From: a virus
Virus record (IMG/VR): IMGVR_UViG_2513237085_000001
Span: 1,496-65,495 of that record
Length of the DNA stretch: 64,000 nucleotides
Strand: one strand, 5' to 3'
The notes under the pieces are model-generated. The model was not told the DNA's origin, made no database searches, and was given only the letters and a program-made list of their open reading frames with translations. Position 1 is the stretch's first letter. The number at the start of each line of letters is the position of its first letter. Positions 9,205 through 19,084 of the stretch are shown piece after piece. The translations under genes and the position numbers were made by a program.

Positions 9205-10338
9205 TCAGGAGATCGGCGTAATGGAGAGGGAGACGGAGGTTGCCGAGGCCGCGGTAAATCCGGATGCAGCAACGATGTTGGTGACGATCGTGATCTGATC
9301 GCCGGCCAAAACAGTTGCGACCACGGTCGAAGACATCGGGAACGACACCGGCGATGCTTGGCTCGACTGGCTGGTGATGTGGCTGCCGATGATCGGCGTT
9401 GCATTTTTCCGGGTTTCGAGAATTCCCGACGTCCCAGGCGTCCCGGTAAACGTCAGGCCCTCCACGATCGCAGCCGAAATGGCGTAAACGCCGGATCGAG
9501 TGAACGTGAAAACAGACGTCGTGTAAGTGCCGAAATTGGTCGACCCACCTGCGGTGGCAAATAGAACTGTCGTTGGATTGTTGTTCGTCAACGACTGGGT
9601 ATTTCCATTCGTCGAAGAGAACAGCGTTGCCGAGATCGTATTCCCGCCGATCACTCTGACGCTTGTGCCGTCATAGAGCATGGTCAGGAAATCACCTGCC
9701 TGCCAAAATCCCGGGATGATTGGCGCCCCGGACTGATCAACGATGCTCTTTGCACCAAGGCCATTGAGGTTGATCGTCGCCGCGCCGACCGCCGCATTTG
9801 CTGTTTTGACAACGAATTCCATGCCCGTGACATAGGCGGTCGGCACAGGAGAAAGTGTTGCGACCAGAGCCGTAGCCGTCCCGGTGTCGGGCGCATAGGT
9901 GTAGCTGTTGTTGAGGATGGCGGACGATGTCCCGATGACGATCCATCCGGCGCCGCCGGAGTTCGGATTGGTCGTGTTGTCGTCGACGATGCAGAGATAG
10001 ACGACGCCGGCCGTGGTTCCGGCAAGCAAAGTTCCCTTGGGATATCCGCCGATCGCGGTAGAGAAAGCGGAATCGTATTGCGCCAGGCCGCCGGCATTCT
10101 GCCACCGCGTCCACTGTGTGACTTGGTTCAGGATGCCGTTCATGTCCTGCCCGAAGGGAGGAACGCCGCCAGATCCAACCGGAAGGAAGTTAAGCGGCGG
10201 GAACCCGTCCGTCAGAGACGCAGCCCCGTTGGTTATTCCGATCTGCGACGCAACCGGGACCTGATGGATGTAGCCACCCCCAGCACTGTCAGCGAACGGA
10301 ATCGGAAAAGTCTCCGATGGGATATCGGATGCCTTCAT
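9205..10338 (-). CDS. Tail fibre protein (Bcep781-like baseplate-binding N-terminus)
   Basis: GAASLTDGFPPLNF...GGVPPFGQDMNGILNQ...YDSAFSTAIGGYPKG N-terminal motif; follows the DUF2612 gene. Confidence 0.85.
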   Translation of the reverse strand: MKASDIPSETFPIPFADSAGGGYIHQVPVASQIGITNGAASLTDGFPPLNFLPVGSGGVPPFGQDMNGILNQVTQWTRWQNAGGLAQYDSAFSTAIGGYPKGTLLAGTTAGVVYLCIVDDNTTNPNSGGAGWIVIGTSSAILNNSYTYAPDTGTATALVATLSPVPTAYVTGMEFVVKTANAAVGAATINLNGLGAKSIVDQSGAPIIPGFWQAGDFLTMLYDGTSVRVIGGNTISATLFSSTNGNTQSLTNNNPTTVLFATAGGSTNFGTYTTSVFTFTRSGVYAISAAIVEGLTFTGTPGTSGILETRKNATPIIGSHITSQSSQASPVSFPMSSTVVATVLAGDQITIVTNIVAASGFTAASATSVSLSITPIS

Positions 10339-10357
10339 AGGGGTGATCCTTTGATTT

Positions 10358-11107
10358 TTAGAGGATGACGACGGATGCCGCTACGCCGGTCGGCTTCGGC
10401 AAGACGCCTGAATTCTGAACGATTGCGAGCTCCACGGACGAAAGCTGGAACTCAAAAACATACGACATGGTCATCGAGGCGAGCGCAGACCCGCTATAGA
10501 AGGCGGCCTGGTTGAAGCCTTGGGCGTTGACCGATTCCGCGAAGCCGAACCACTCGCCCTGCTGCGATCCTTCCGTGACATATGCATTCCCTCGATTGGG
10601 GAACAGCATCATCAGGATCCGGTTGATCGCCGGAATAGAGCCATTGGTGATGTTCGCCGCGGCCTTGGCGAAGATCAGCGTCCGATAGGCTTCGTCCGAG
10701 AGGGCATAATTGCTCGTCAGCGACGTGCCTGAATAATACGACCCCTGCCCGAAGGTGTAGGAGCCCGGCGTTGCTTCCTCGAAGCCGAACCAGTTGCCGG
10801 CATTGACCTGGAGGACGCGGTTGACGCCGACGATCCTCCCCCACACATCGAGGCCGTACCCTTCAGCCGTATCGAGGTTGAGAACAAAATCGTAGAAGAC
10901 ATCCAGGTTCTGCGTTTGGTCGATATAGGCATCGATATCAAGGATCAGTTGCGTCAGGATGGGCGAGTTCGCATATTGCGAGATCACCGTCTGCCAGACA
11001 TCGAAGCCGGGATAGGTCCCGATCGGACTGACGCCTATTTCAAACTGACCGATGCCGTTCGGAATACCGGCCGGAGGCCTTGGATATGGCGGACCTGTAT
11101 CGACCAT
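10358..11107 (-). CDS. Baseplate wedge protein, DUF2612 family
   Basis: SQYANSPIL, DTAEGYGLDVWGRIVGVNR, LSDEAYRTLIFAKAAANI, VLPKPTGV. Confidence 0.88.
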   Translation of the reverse strand: MVDTGPPYPRPPAGIPNGIGQFEIGVSPIGTYPGFDVWQTVISQYANSPILTQLILDIDAYIDQTQNLDVFYDFVLNLDTAEGYGLDVWGRIVGVNRVLQVNAGNWFGFEEATPGSYTFGQGSYYSGTSLTSNYALSDEAYRTLIFAKAAANITNGSIPAINRILMMLFPNRGNAYVTEGSQQGEWFGFAESVNAQGFNQAAFYSGSALASMTMSYVFEFQLSSVELAIVQNSGVLPKPTGVAASVVIL

Positions 11108-12537
11108 CAGCTCAGCGTCACCACGATGTCATTGGCGGATACCGTTGGCACCTGATCGATCCGAACATCGATATCGAACCGGTTTGCCACGGCGGCTTTC
11201 ATGCTTTCCGAGCCGACGGTCTGGGACGAGGACACCGTATAGGTGCCAGTTCCCCCAGAGCCCGTGCCCAGTGCGGTGATCAAGGTTCCGACGACGAGAT
11301 TGCCTGTCGTGTCGGAAAGCGTCTGTCCGACCGCCAGCGTGCCGGAGGCGATGGCCGAGACAGTCAGCGTCGTTCCTGCTATCGAGCCTGTGAACGCGGC
11401 CGAGGCATTGTTGATCGACCCGATCTCGATCGAGATGATCTGCGCCCATGAACCAAGGGCTGCGACAGGCGCATAGAACCGGCTGGCGTAGAGCGTCGTG
11501 CCGATCTTCGCCCGAGGTCCACCATCGCCGCCGGCAAAAGCGCTGATGATCGCGTTTCTGATCTGCGTCTCAGCATCGGCGGGAACCATCGTGCTGTCGT
11601 TCAGATTGACGGCAAAAAGGATCGGCAGCGGTGCCGGGATCTCAAACGAGACCGAATAGGCCGGATATGGCGGCACATAGCCCGCGCTGGTATCGAGCAC
11701 GGTCACCGTCGTGTTGCCATTGTAGGCGCATCCCGGCGCTTTCCGTGACCATATGGCCTGGGCGACGTCGGCAGCTTCTCCGCCGACCACCGCGACATAG
11801 AGCGAGTTCGCATTGAGCGAGACGCCGCCGATGGTCTGAGGTGAATTGGAATCGTTCTCCGTAACGAAGGCGTCGATCACGTTCGGAACGGCCAGCACAG
11901 CCCCGAGGACGGACGGAAGCGAGCCATTCGAGTTCAGAGCTACCGACGCAGCCCGACGCGTCTCGAACGCCGCCCTGCCCTCCACATTGTTGCCAAGCAC
12001 CCCATCCGAGACGTTGTCGATGGCATCCCATCCAGGAATGCTCCGGTAAATCTGGTTCAGCGTGCCGGCGGGGCACGGGATTGGACCGACGACGGTGCAT
12101 TCGAACGTCAGCGTGATGTTGCCAGTAGCCGGGATCGTGCCCGCTTCAGTGCAGAGATACTGGTTGCCGTCTTCAGCGAGAGCCAACGCGCCGACCGGAA
12201 TGACGACCCCCTCGAGGCCGGTGCATAGCGCTTGCACCACAGTCGGCTGCGCCGGATTGCGCTCGAGGAAATAAATCCGCGCCAATGCATCCTGATAGCG
12301 CCCCGAGGCATAGGCCGGGTCGAACTGCTGCGTCAGGAAGAGAAACGTCTGATTGACGTTGTCGACGACGGCCGCCTCGCTCGATGCCAACTGCCCCTGT
12401 GGCGTGTTCAGCGCCGGGTTGAGATTGCCGCCAAACGCTTCATTGATATCTTCCGTGACGCCATCGAGCACCGTTGTCGCGGACGGAATGATGAAGCCGG
12501 TCAGGCCAAACGACGGCTGAGGAACTGAGGTTGCCAT
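11107..12537 (-). CDS. Baseplate J-like wedge protein with inserted beta module
   Basis: [49 protein letters not shown] motifs; position between gp25-like and DUF2612 genes. Confidence 0.9.
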   Translation of the reverse strand: MATSVPQPSFGLTGFIIPSATTVLDGVTEDINEAFGGNLNPALNTPQGQLASSEAAVVDNVNQTFLFLTQQFDPAYASGRYQDALARIYFLERNPAQPTVVQALCTGLEGVVIPVGALALAEDGNQYLCTEAGTIPATGNITLTFECTVVGPIPCPAGTLNQIYRSIPGWDAIDNVSDGVLGNNVEGRAAFETRRAASVALNSNGSLPSVLGAVLAVPNVIDAFVTENDSNSPQTIGGVSLNANSLYVAVVGGEAADVAQAIWSRKAPGCAYNGNTTVTVLDTSAGYVPPYPAYSVSFEIPAPLPILFAVNLNDSTMVPADAETQIRNAIISAFAGGDGGPRAKIGTTLYASRFYAPVAALGSWAQIISIEIGSINNASAAFTGSIAGTTLTVSAIASGTLAVGQTLSDTTGNLVVGTLITALGTGSGGTGTYTVSSSQTVGSESMKAAVANRFDIDVRIDQVPTVSANDIVVTLS

Positions 12538-12543
12538 ATGTGA

Positions 12544-12894
12544 TTAGAACCCTGCAGCCGAGACTTGACCGGCATCGTTTTTGATCTGCACCTGACCGCG
12601 GATGGTGCGGTCCTGCCACGATATGATGAACGACTGGGCGTTGGTGACGCCCGGAACCGTCAGAGCAGACGAATTGAAATAGGCCTTGAGCAGTGACAGC
12701 GGCGGTGCATAACCGAGCACCTGCTGGAAATACGGAATGCCGAGGGTCGTATCGTAATAGACCTCGGCTTCGAACGTCCTGATTGCACTGGCTGCATCCT
12801 GGGCCTGCGAATAGGGATCGCTGGCGACTGCGATGTTGCCGGCGGTATCAACCGTCAGATCCCATGAGACCGTATCGAGAAGAAGCGTCTGCAT
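12544..12894 (-). CDS. Baseplate wedge / sheath initiator (gp25-like)
   Basis: LLLDTVSWDLTVD..GNIA, EVYYDTTLGIPY; size and synteny. Confidence 0.8.
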   Translation of the reverse strand: MQTLLLDTVSWDLTVDTAGNIAVASDPYSQAQDAASAIRTFEAEVYYDTTLGIPYFQQVLGYAPPLSLLKAYFNSSALTVPGVTNAQSFIISWQDRTIRGQVQIKNDAGQVSAAGF

Positions 12895-13562
12895 CAGCTT
12901 GCCTTTGGAGGGCCGGAATCATCGGAGCCATGAAGGACGTCGGTGTTGACGTGGTGCACGAGCGAGATGTTTCCCGGGTTTGCGATGACATCGCTGGGCG
13001 CCGTGACCTTTCCTGTTCGGTCGATCAGCACGCCATTGATCAGGATACCCGCTGCCCCGGTGATGATCGTGTTCCCGAACTCATCGGCCAGCGTGATGCC
13101 GGGTCCATTCATGTTGATATATCGGTTCGGCGTCACCGGGTTGAGCATGGCGCCGTGATAGACGCCATCGGCCGGATCATGCATGCGAAACGAGCCGGGG
13201 TTGGATTGGTCCCCTTTATTGGACCTCAGCGCCGACGTATCACGATCGCTGATGACCATGTGCCCGACGTCGCCCACCACAGGGTCCATGATGATGCCGG
13301 CTGCCCCGCCCTGGCTGCGAGAGACAGGAATGCCATAGATGATGCCATGCGGCGTCTGGTTCCCCTGGCCGTCGATCTGCGTGACGACAGGCTGGACATC
13401 GACGGTCGGCGCCGCGCCAACGCCGCCGCCATGCACGGCAATGATCTTGACCGGAATGCCGGTACGAACCTCGCCCATCGCCTGGCGGATGAGGAACTGA
13501 ATGGCATTCGTCTCAGACGTGGAGTCGGTAATGCCGCGTTGCCCGAAATATCCTTCCGTCAT
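12894..13562 (-). CDS. Baseplate central spike (gpV/Gp138-like)
   Basis: Start MTEGYF via ATGA overlap; OB-fold-like TVDVQPVV, DPVVGDVG, RMHDPADG; C-terminal ISLVHHVN metal-tip motif. Confidence 0.85.
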   Translation of the reverse strand: MTEGYFGQRGITDSTSETNAIQFLIRQAMGEVRTGIPVKIIAVHGGGVGAAPTVDVQPVVTQIDGQGNQTPHGIIYGIPVSRSQGGAAGIIMDPVVGDVGHMVISDRDTSALRSNKGDQSNPGSFRMHDPADGVYHGAMLNPVTPNRYINMNGPGITLADEFGNTIITGAAGILINGVLIDRTGKVTAPSDVIANPGNISLVHHVNTDVLHGSDDSGPPKAS

Positions 13563-14422
13563 GGCACCGTCTGCCCGATCTGGACGCCTTCCATCAGCAT
13601 GAACCACTTGCCTTGCGGAACCATCGTTTCAAGCTCGTATTCCAAACGATTGACCTTCCACTTCCCATTGGCCGGGGTGAGATCGCTCTTGACCTCGATC
13701 GAACCGAGATAGGTCACCGACGGGTTGAACAGCGCCTTGACCAGGACGTTTGCCTGATTGAACGCGGGATAGCCGACCATGCCTGTCTGCGGCGAGATGA
13801 GCACCGCCTCGCCTTCCCTGGCCTTGTCCGGCGGCACGATCGCCATGGTGTTGCGCTCGATGATCATGTCGATGCCGGCATGTTTGGCAATCGTCAGGGC
13901 CTGCTGCAGCGCCGTCCCCGCGTAATAGGGATTGGCGAGCTTGGCTGTGACGCCTGCATTCTCAAAGCCGAGCCCCATCTGCTTTGCCAGACCGGACATC
14001 ATCCCAGAGACATCGGCCGAGCCGCGAATGCTGATCGGCGTCACCGGCTTGATGGCATGGAAAGCGCCAGGCCTTGCCGTCACCCGGAAACAGACCTGAG
14101 GCATTGACTGCGCATCGACGAAGGCTGTCACGATTTCGCCGCCGAAGACCAGCGTCATGCCCGTCTCGGTATCGCCGGCCTCGACCGTGATGCTGTTCTG
14201 GTAGATCTTGTAGGACTGCGTCCCCACCGTCGAAAGCTGGTTCATCAGCGAAAGCGGCAGGCCGTAGATCGCTGCTTCCAACCAGCTTTGCGATGCCCCG
14301 CCCGTATTCGTTATATGAGCAGATACGCGCAAGCCACTGATTGTAGCGGTATTTCCTCCACCTTCGAACTTGCCGTTGGCGAGGTTGAATTGGACGTTAA
14401 TTAGTTTTTGCGAAAATGACAT
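13559..14422 (-). CDS. Baseplate hub protein (gp27/gpD-like)
   Basis: ISGLRVSAHI, AAIYGL, LISPQTGMVGYP; synteny. Confidence 0.82.
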   Translation of the reverse strand: MSFSQKLINVQFNLANGKFEGGGNTATISGLRVSAHITNTGGASQSWLEAAIYGLPLSLMNQLSTVGTQSYKIYQNSITVEAGDTETGMTLVFGGEIVTAFVDAQSMPQVCFRVTARPGAFHAIKPVTPISIRGSADVSGMMSGLAKQMGLGFENAGVTAKLANPYYAGTALQQALTIAKHAGIDMIIERNTMAIVPPDKAREGEAVLISPQTGMVGYPAFNQANVLVKALFNPSVTYLGSIEVKSDLTPANGKWKVNRLEYELETMVPQGKWFMLMEGVQIGQTVP

Positions 14423-14477
14423 GCAGAACCATCCGCCCTATCTTGTTTATCGCCCGACAGAGGCGCACATTTGAGGC

Positions 14478-14873
14478 ATGTTCATCGGTCCCCTGCTCAT
14501 CCTGATCGTCGTGGCGATCCTGCTTCCCAAGCTCACCCGTTTCCTGATCGGATGCGCTGCCTTTGGCGTTCTTTTCATGGTCTCCTCGTGCATCGACCAG
14601 GCCCATGCAGGCACAAGCCAGGACATGGAAAACATGATCACGAACGCCTCAGCGTTTGCGAACTGCTCCTATGGCCGAGCCCTCGGAGACAAGGACGCTT
14701 TGCGGCAGATCAAGATGATGGGCGGAGACAGTGCATCAGCGCTGGCCATGAGCTGCGCGCCACTTGTCGAATCCTACGTCCATTTCTGTGTCGCGGCCGG
14801 ATATGCCGAGGAGCATTGTTATGGCGACCTCAAGCTCATGGCCGAGGACGCCCTCACCCGCGTCGGCAACTAA
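14478..14873 (+). CDS. Membrane-anchored Cys-containing protein, antisense moron in the baseplate operon
   Basis: Fills the only gap in the operon; stop overlaps the convergent gene by a few nt; two N-terminal TM segments and several Cys. Confidence 0.7.
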   Translation: MFIGPLLILIVVAILLPKLTRFLIGCAAFGVLFMVSSCIDQAHAGTSQDMENMITNASAFANCSYGRALGDKDALRQIKMMGGDSASALAMSCAPLVESYVHFCVAAGYAEEHCYGDLKLMAEDALTRVGN

Positions 14874-15208
14874 CCCTCGTTCGTCAGAAGCTCATCCGGG
14901 AACAGGTAGGCCAGGCTGAACCGTGTGCCGAGGCCGGAATAATGAGGATCGCTGTAGACCTTCTGCCCGTAGACGATCTCCGGCTGATTATCGATGAAGG
15001 CCAGATCGCCTGAAAACCCGAGATAGAGCGATCGGATGATCCGATTGAGATCCTGGCAGATGACGCCGCCGATGATCAGCACGTTGTTCACCAGCACATC
15101 GATGAATAGGCCGCCGACCGTCTGGTAGACGTTCAACTGCGTCACCTGATCATTGAGCGTCACGGTGACCGTCTGGTTCGGGATCGGCTGGAGCGGAACG
15201 ATCAGCAT
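14870..15208 (-). CDS. Small baseplate protein
   Basis: Start MLIVPLQPIPNQT; GFSGDLAFID...DPHYSGLGTRFSLAY typical of Bcep781-like baseplate genes. Confidence 0.78.
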   Translation of the reverse strand: MLIVPLQPIPNQTVTVTLNDQVTQLNVYQTVGGLFIDVLVNNVLIIGGVICQDLNRIIRSLYLGFSGDLAFIDNQPEIVYGQKVYSDPHYSGLGTRFSLAYLFPDELLTNEG

Positions 15209-15212
15209 TTTA

Positions 15213-15854
15213 TCATCCCGCCTGCCGTCCGCCATGGGACCTTATGGAGCCTGTCTGCGCCTCCTGGAGCGGTGACGCCTGCGTTGCCTGTACCGTGCCG
15301 CCATTGACCTGAGCCGCCGACGTAGGGCTCTGTGTGCTCGACATGGCCGCCGTGGCGGTCTCCCGAACCTCAAGTCCCCAGACGTCGACCGTGAGCAGGC
15401 CAGCACCGTTTCGTGCCGACCTCGAATAATCGTAATGCGTGAGGTTGACGGATGGATAGATCGCGTCCGGCGTCACCACGGTGTAGAGGTTCAGATCGCC
15501 AATGACGGCAGCGATCGAGGCGAGAAAGGCCGTTCTGTTCGCCTCCGATCCGCCAGCGGTGAACCGGAACCGGGCATCGAACGGGATCTGGACCTTGTCA
15601 TAGCTCTGAAATCCCCCGCGCTCGACGGGGAAATCCGATATCGAAAACTGCTGCCGGTAGTCGAAGCTGACCACATTGTCGGACAGGACGACCGGAGCTC
15701 CGCCGGAATAGATGCCCCACGGCTGCTGCAACAAAGCCCCGAGGAAAAGTCCTGCGGCATCCCCCGTCAAGAAGCTCAGCAACTGCCCAGCGCCGGCGGC
15801 AAAGAGCACCGATGGAACACCTGGGACATTCGGAACATTGACTGGAAACGCCAT
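15213..15854 (-). CDS. Tail tube initiator / Dit-like baseplate protein
   Basis: PWGIY, ISDFPVERGGFQSYDKVQIP, YTVVTPDAIY; immediately after the tape measure gene. Confidence 0.78.
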   Translation of the reverse strand: MAFPVNVPNVPGVPSVLFAAGAGQLLSFLTGDAAGLFLGALLQQPWGIYSGGAPVVLSDNVVSFDYRQQFSISDFPVERGGFQSYDKVQIPFDARFRFTAGGSEANRTAFLASIAAVIGDLNLYTVVTPDAIYPSVNLTHYDYSRSARNGAGLLTVDVWGLEVRETATAAMSSTQSPTSAAQVNGGTVQATQASPLQEAQTGSIRSHGGRQAG

Positions 15855-17974
15855 TATCGAGGCCCGTAGTTTGCCGTTGCCGCCAACGTCTGCCGGAACA
15901 GGCTATCGGTGATGCTGCTGGCGATGCCCTTCGAATCCGTGGCGTTCGGCGCGTTGACGTTGATAGTGCCGACATTCATTTCGTTCGAAGAGCTCGACGT
16001 GGTCACGCGATGGTCGTTCTGGATCGAAGAGAGAGCCGACCCAGACAGCACGGAACCGACATAATCGCCGATGCCGCGCATACCGCCGAGCGTGCGGCCG
16101 GTGAAGTTGTCGCGCCCGGTGAGAGAGTTATACCCCTCTGCCCGCTCGTACATGCTGGCGCCGATAGCGCCGTCCGAGGCTGTCTTCGCATTGCGCAGCC
16201 GGTCTCCCGCCTTCCTCTCGGAACCTTTGAGCTCCTCGATGATGTGACTGAGCTGAAGGTCATAGTCCTTCCACGGCGTACCGCTTTGAGCAGACATCTG
16301 CATCAGACGCTGCTTTCGCGACCCCAGCATCTGCGCAATGCCTGTTGCCCCGATCGAGTTGACGGAACCTGGGCCGCCTGAGGCCTCGACGTTCATCCAC
16401 CGCGAGATCAATCCCTTCGCGCCTGCATCGCTGAGCCCCGCCTCTTTCGTCAGGCGCTCATAGGCATGCTGCTGGCGATCCTTCGTCCACCATCCGCGCA
16501 CGCCGGCCGACGGGCCGCTGGCCTTGAGCGGCGAGCTCGAGGAATTGTTTTCGCTGCCCGATGAACTGCCGCCGCCGAAAAAGGAACTGATCGCGTTGCC
16601 GACCTTGCCCCAGAAGCCGCCGCCGCTCGAACCATTGTCGGAGATGACGACGGGCAACGGGTTTCCCTTGGAGACGGGACGGCCGTCGACAATCGAATTC
16701 CCCGCAAGAGCCTCACCATGCAGGCTCGGATCTCTGGTCAGCGCACCATAATCCGGCTGATTTGAAGATGGCCTGTTGTACCAAGCGTTTTTGTCGGCTT
16801 GTTTGATCTTTTCCTGACTTGGTCCTGGTGATGCATCGGTCAGCATGTATGCGGCACCGGCGACTGCAAAGATCTTGCCGAACAGCGCCATGAGACCGCC
16901 GCCACTGGCAGCGCCGCCGGCCGCCGCGCCACCGCCTACGGCAGTCCGCATAGAGGCGATCACGCCAAGTGCCTTGCTCCCTGCCCAAAGCAGGAAAAGC
17001 GCTTCTGTAGCGGTCGTTATTCCACCGATGGCGTCTGCCACCTTGTGAGCGTCTTCGCCGAAGGTTCGAAGCCCGTCTCCGACCGCTGCCCAGTCGATGC
17101 TCTTCAGGTAATCGGCAAAATTCTTGACCGCCTCGACGATGCCGCTCTGCAGCCAGTCGCTGTTCTTCGTGACCCAATCCGTCATCTGCGTGAGCAGCTT
17201 AGACAGTTCGGGACCGAGGGTGCCAAGGATGGTGTTTGCCAGAGCCACAGCTGTCTGCTGAAGGGTCGCCCACTTATCCTGGAGATCCTGTGCCGCCTTG
17301 ATGGCATCCCCGGTCGGCGACAGCTTCTTGATCTGATCAATGTAGGCGCCGATGGCATCGCCATACTTGATCATGACGTTCGCCGTGGCGTCGTCGATGC
17401 CCATCCCCTGGGCGAGGAAATGCGCCTGTGCCGGATCGATGGCCGACATGGCCTTCAGCGCGCCGGCGGTATCCTTCAGGAAGCGATCGACGCCGTGTTC
17501 CGTATCGATGCGCCGGCCGGTCAGGGCCTGGAGCTGCGAGAACTCCTTCGGCAGCATCTGGCCATTGCGATGCAGATCATAGAGAGCCTTGCCGATCCGC
17601 TCGAAGGAGCCTGCCGTTGCCTCGGCAGAGCCGCCCATGCGCTCGGCAGCGTTGCCCCATGCCGCGATGGTCTGGGGCGATTCGTTGAGGTTGCGCGCGA
17701 AGCGACCGAGGGCTGCATCTGCCAGCGTCAGATCCTGGACGAATTCCTTGATGCCGCGTGCGCCGAGAAACACGGCATAGAGCGACAGGACTTCGCGGGT
17801 GACGGACGAAATCGCATTGGCCGTCTTCTTGGCCGAATCCTCGATCTGCTTGCCGGACTTTTCAGCCTGCTGCTGCGTCTTGACGAAGGCGCTGGCGGCT
17901 TCCTTCTGACCCTTGTTGAACTGCGCCGGGTCCAAGCCCAGTGTGATGATGAGGGAATCTACGACAGTCGCCAA
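15854..17974 (-). CDS. Tape measure protein with C-terminal phage-tail-lysozyme-like domain
   Basis: TTG start, MATVVDSLIITLGLD N-terminus, Ala-rich helical body; C-terminal NVEASGG...GATGIAQ...QLSHIIEEL...MYERAE. Confidence 0.9.
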   Translation of the reverse strand: MATVVDSLIITLGLDPAQFNKGQKEAASAFVKTQQQAEKSGKQIEDSAKKTANAISSVTREVLSLYAVFLGARGIKEFVQDLTLADAALGRFARNLNESPQTIAAWGNAAERMGGSAEATAGSFERIGKALYDLHRNGQMLPKEFSQLQALTGRRIDTEHGVDRFLKDTAGALKAMSAIDPAQAHFLAQGMGIDDATANVMIKYGDAIGAYIDQIKKLSPTGDAIKAAQDLQDKWATLQQTAVALANTILGTLGPELSKLLTQMTDWVTKNSDWLQSGIVEAVKNFADYLKSIDWAAVGDGLRTFGEDAHKVADAIGGITTATEALFLLWAGSKALGVIASMRTAVGGGAAAGGAASGGGLMALFGKIFAVAGAAYMLTDASPGPSQEKIKQADKNAWYNRPSSNQPDYGALTRDPSLHGEALAGNSIVDGRPVSKGNPLPVVISDNGSSGGGFWGKVGNAISSFFGGGSSSGSENNSSSSPLKASGPSAGVRGWWTKDRQQHAYERLTKEAGLSDAGAKGLISRWMNVEASGGPGSVNSIGATGIAQMLGSRKQRLMQMSAQSGTPWKDYDLQLSHIIEELKGSERKAGDRLRNAKTASDGAIGASMYERAEGYNSLTGRDNFTGRTLGGMRGIGDYVGSVLSGSALSSIQNDHRVTTSSSSNEMNVGTINVNAPNATDSKGIASSITDSLFRQTLAATANYGPR

Positions 17975-17975
17975 A

Positions 17976-18221
17976 TCATCCCCTCCTCTTCGCTGCTTCT
18001 CTCAAGGTTTGCATGTTGTATCCGTCGACCGTCGCGACCTCGAGAATGTCGTAGACGTCTTCGATCGACAGATGCTCGTCCAAGTCCCTTAGGGCTTGTG
18101 TTTTGTTTTGGGAGATTGAGAGAACCGCACCGATGGTTCGGGGAATGTTGGGATATTCGAGGACGTTGGCGCTTCCTGGGGCGGCGACCCGGTCTGCGTC
18201 GACCCGCTGTCTTGTTGCGAA
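17976..18221 (-). CDS. -1 frame extension of the tail assembly chaperone (G-T type)
   Basis: Frame encodes EYPNIPRTIGAVLS...SIEDVYDILEV, has no RBS-led start and is entered by a -1 slip at GGGTTTT (18221-18227). Confidence 0.75.
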   Translation of the reverse strand, partial: FATRQRVDADRVAAPGSANVLEYPNIPRTIGAVLSISQNKTQALRDLDEHLSIEDVYDILEVATVDGYNMQTLREAAKRRG

Positions 18222-18613
18222 AAACCCATGTGGAGCTTCAGCACCTCGCGGCGTAGTTCGAAACGGGTCTTGATCTCTTCGATATCGTCTTCGATCAGGC
18301 CCCGGACCACGTTCGGATTGCCGCGATCCGGCTTGATGGTGACACACTCCATCATCTCGTCGAGCAACGGCTCGATTTCACCGAAGTTTGCCTTCATCAC
18401 CGCTTCGGCGCCGAGCATGGCGATACCAGCCATCCCGAGACCTTCGGCATTCCCGATATCAGCACCGGACTTCGTGGCGATCATGAGCATACGAACCGCC
18501 CATTTCTCTGCCTGAGACGCTGACATCTCACGAATATGGAAGGTTTTGCCGAAGTCCCGATTGGTCTCCGGCGATCCTTCCGAGATCGTGATATCGATTT
18601 CTTTGCGAGCCAC
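18089..18613 (-). CDS. Tail assembly chaperone
   Basis: GTG start after GAGGTG RBS; between tube and tape measure genes; FHIREMSASQAEKWA, LLDEMMECV, DIEEIKTRFELRREVLKLH. Confidence 0.85.
   Translation of the reverse strand: MARKEIDITISEGSPETNRDFGKTFHIREMSASQAEKWAVRMLMIATKSGADIGNAEGLGMAGIAMLGAEAVMKANFGEIEPLLDEMMECVTIKPDRGNPNVVRGLIEDDIEEIKTRFELRREVLKLHMGFSQQDSGSTQTGSPPQEAPTSSNIPTFPEPSVRFSQSPKTKHKP
18221..18227 (-). promoter_or_regulatory. Programmed -1 frameshift slippery heptamer G GGT TTT
   Basis: Minus strand reads ATG GGT TTT TCG: X XXY YYZ in the correct phase; the -1 frame stays open to 17976. Confidence 0.8.
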
Positions 18614-18624
18614 AAGATCACCTC

Positions 18625-19056
18625 TTAGTTCGGCTGCGGTACGACGCTTTCCCACTGGATCTGGTAAGCGCGGGGCTGGAGCGTCTTTGCAGCACTGGGC
18701 AGCGGCGGATAGCTGATCAGGAAGCCCTTGGTCTGGACGTACTGGAAGCCGATCGAGGGAAGCGTGATGCGCCCCTGCGCGACATAGACGTCCTTCAGCA
18801 GGCGCTGGTTCTGCGCCCATGTGTCGAAAATGACATTGGACGGGGAGTCCGCCTGCAGCGTGAAGGTCTGCGAGACCGCGGTAAAGACGAAGCCGCCGGA
18901 CAGCTTGCCGTCGACGCCCATCGAGGTCTGCGTCACTTCCAGCGTGTCCTGGGTGTAGATGTTGTCCGCAGAGAACCCTTGGATCTGCTGAGGAACATCG
19001 AACAGCCCGGGAATACTGAGCATGACGATCGCATTGGCGGAAGTGATTGTCGCCAT
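18625..19056 (-). CDS. Tail tube protein
   Basis: Directly after the sheath gene; IQGFSADN, SMGVDGKLSGG, TLQADSPS; 143 aa. Confidence 0.85.
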   Translation of the reverse strand: MATITSANAIVMLSIPGLFDVPQQIQGFSADNIYTQDTLEVTQTSMGVDGKLSGGFVFTAVSQTFTLQADSPSNVIFDTWAQNQRLLKDVYVAQGRITLPSIGFQYVQTKGFLISYPPLPSAAKTLQPRAYQIQWESVVPQPN

Positions 19057-19084
19057 GATTGTCTCCTAAATTTTGCGGGAGTGA

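Noticed and set aside
9180-9404. N-terminal 75 aa of the 659-aa ORF-track protein
   Set aside because: It overlaps the upstream fibre gene in another frame and looks non-coding; the real start is at 9179.
7425-10338. Diversity-generating retroelement or invertible fibre cassette
   Set aside because: No reverse transcriptase, invertase or template/variable repeat pair seen in the window.
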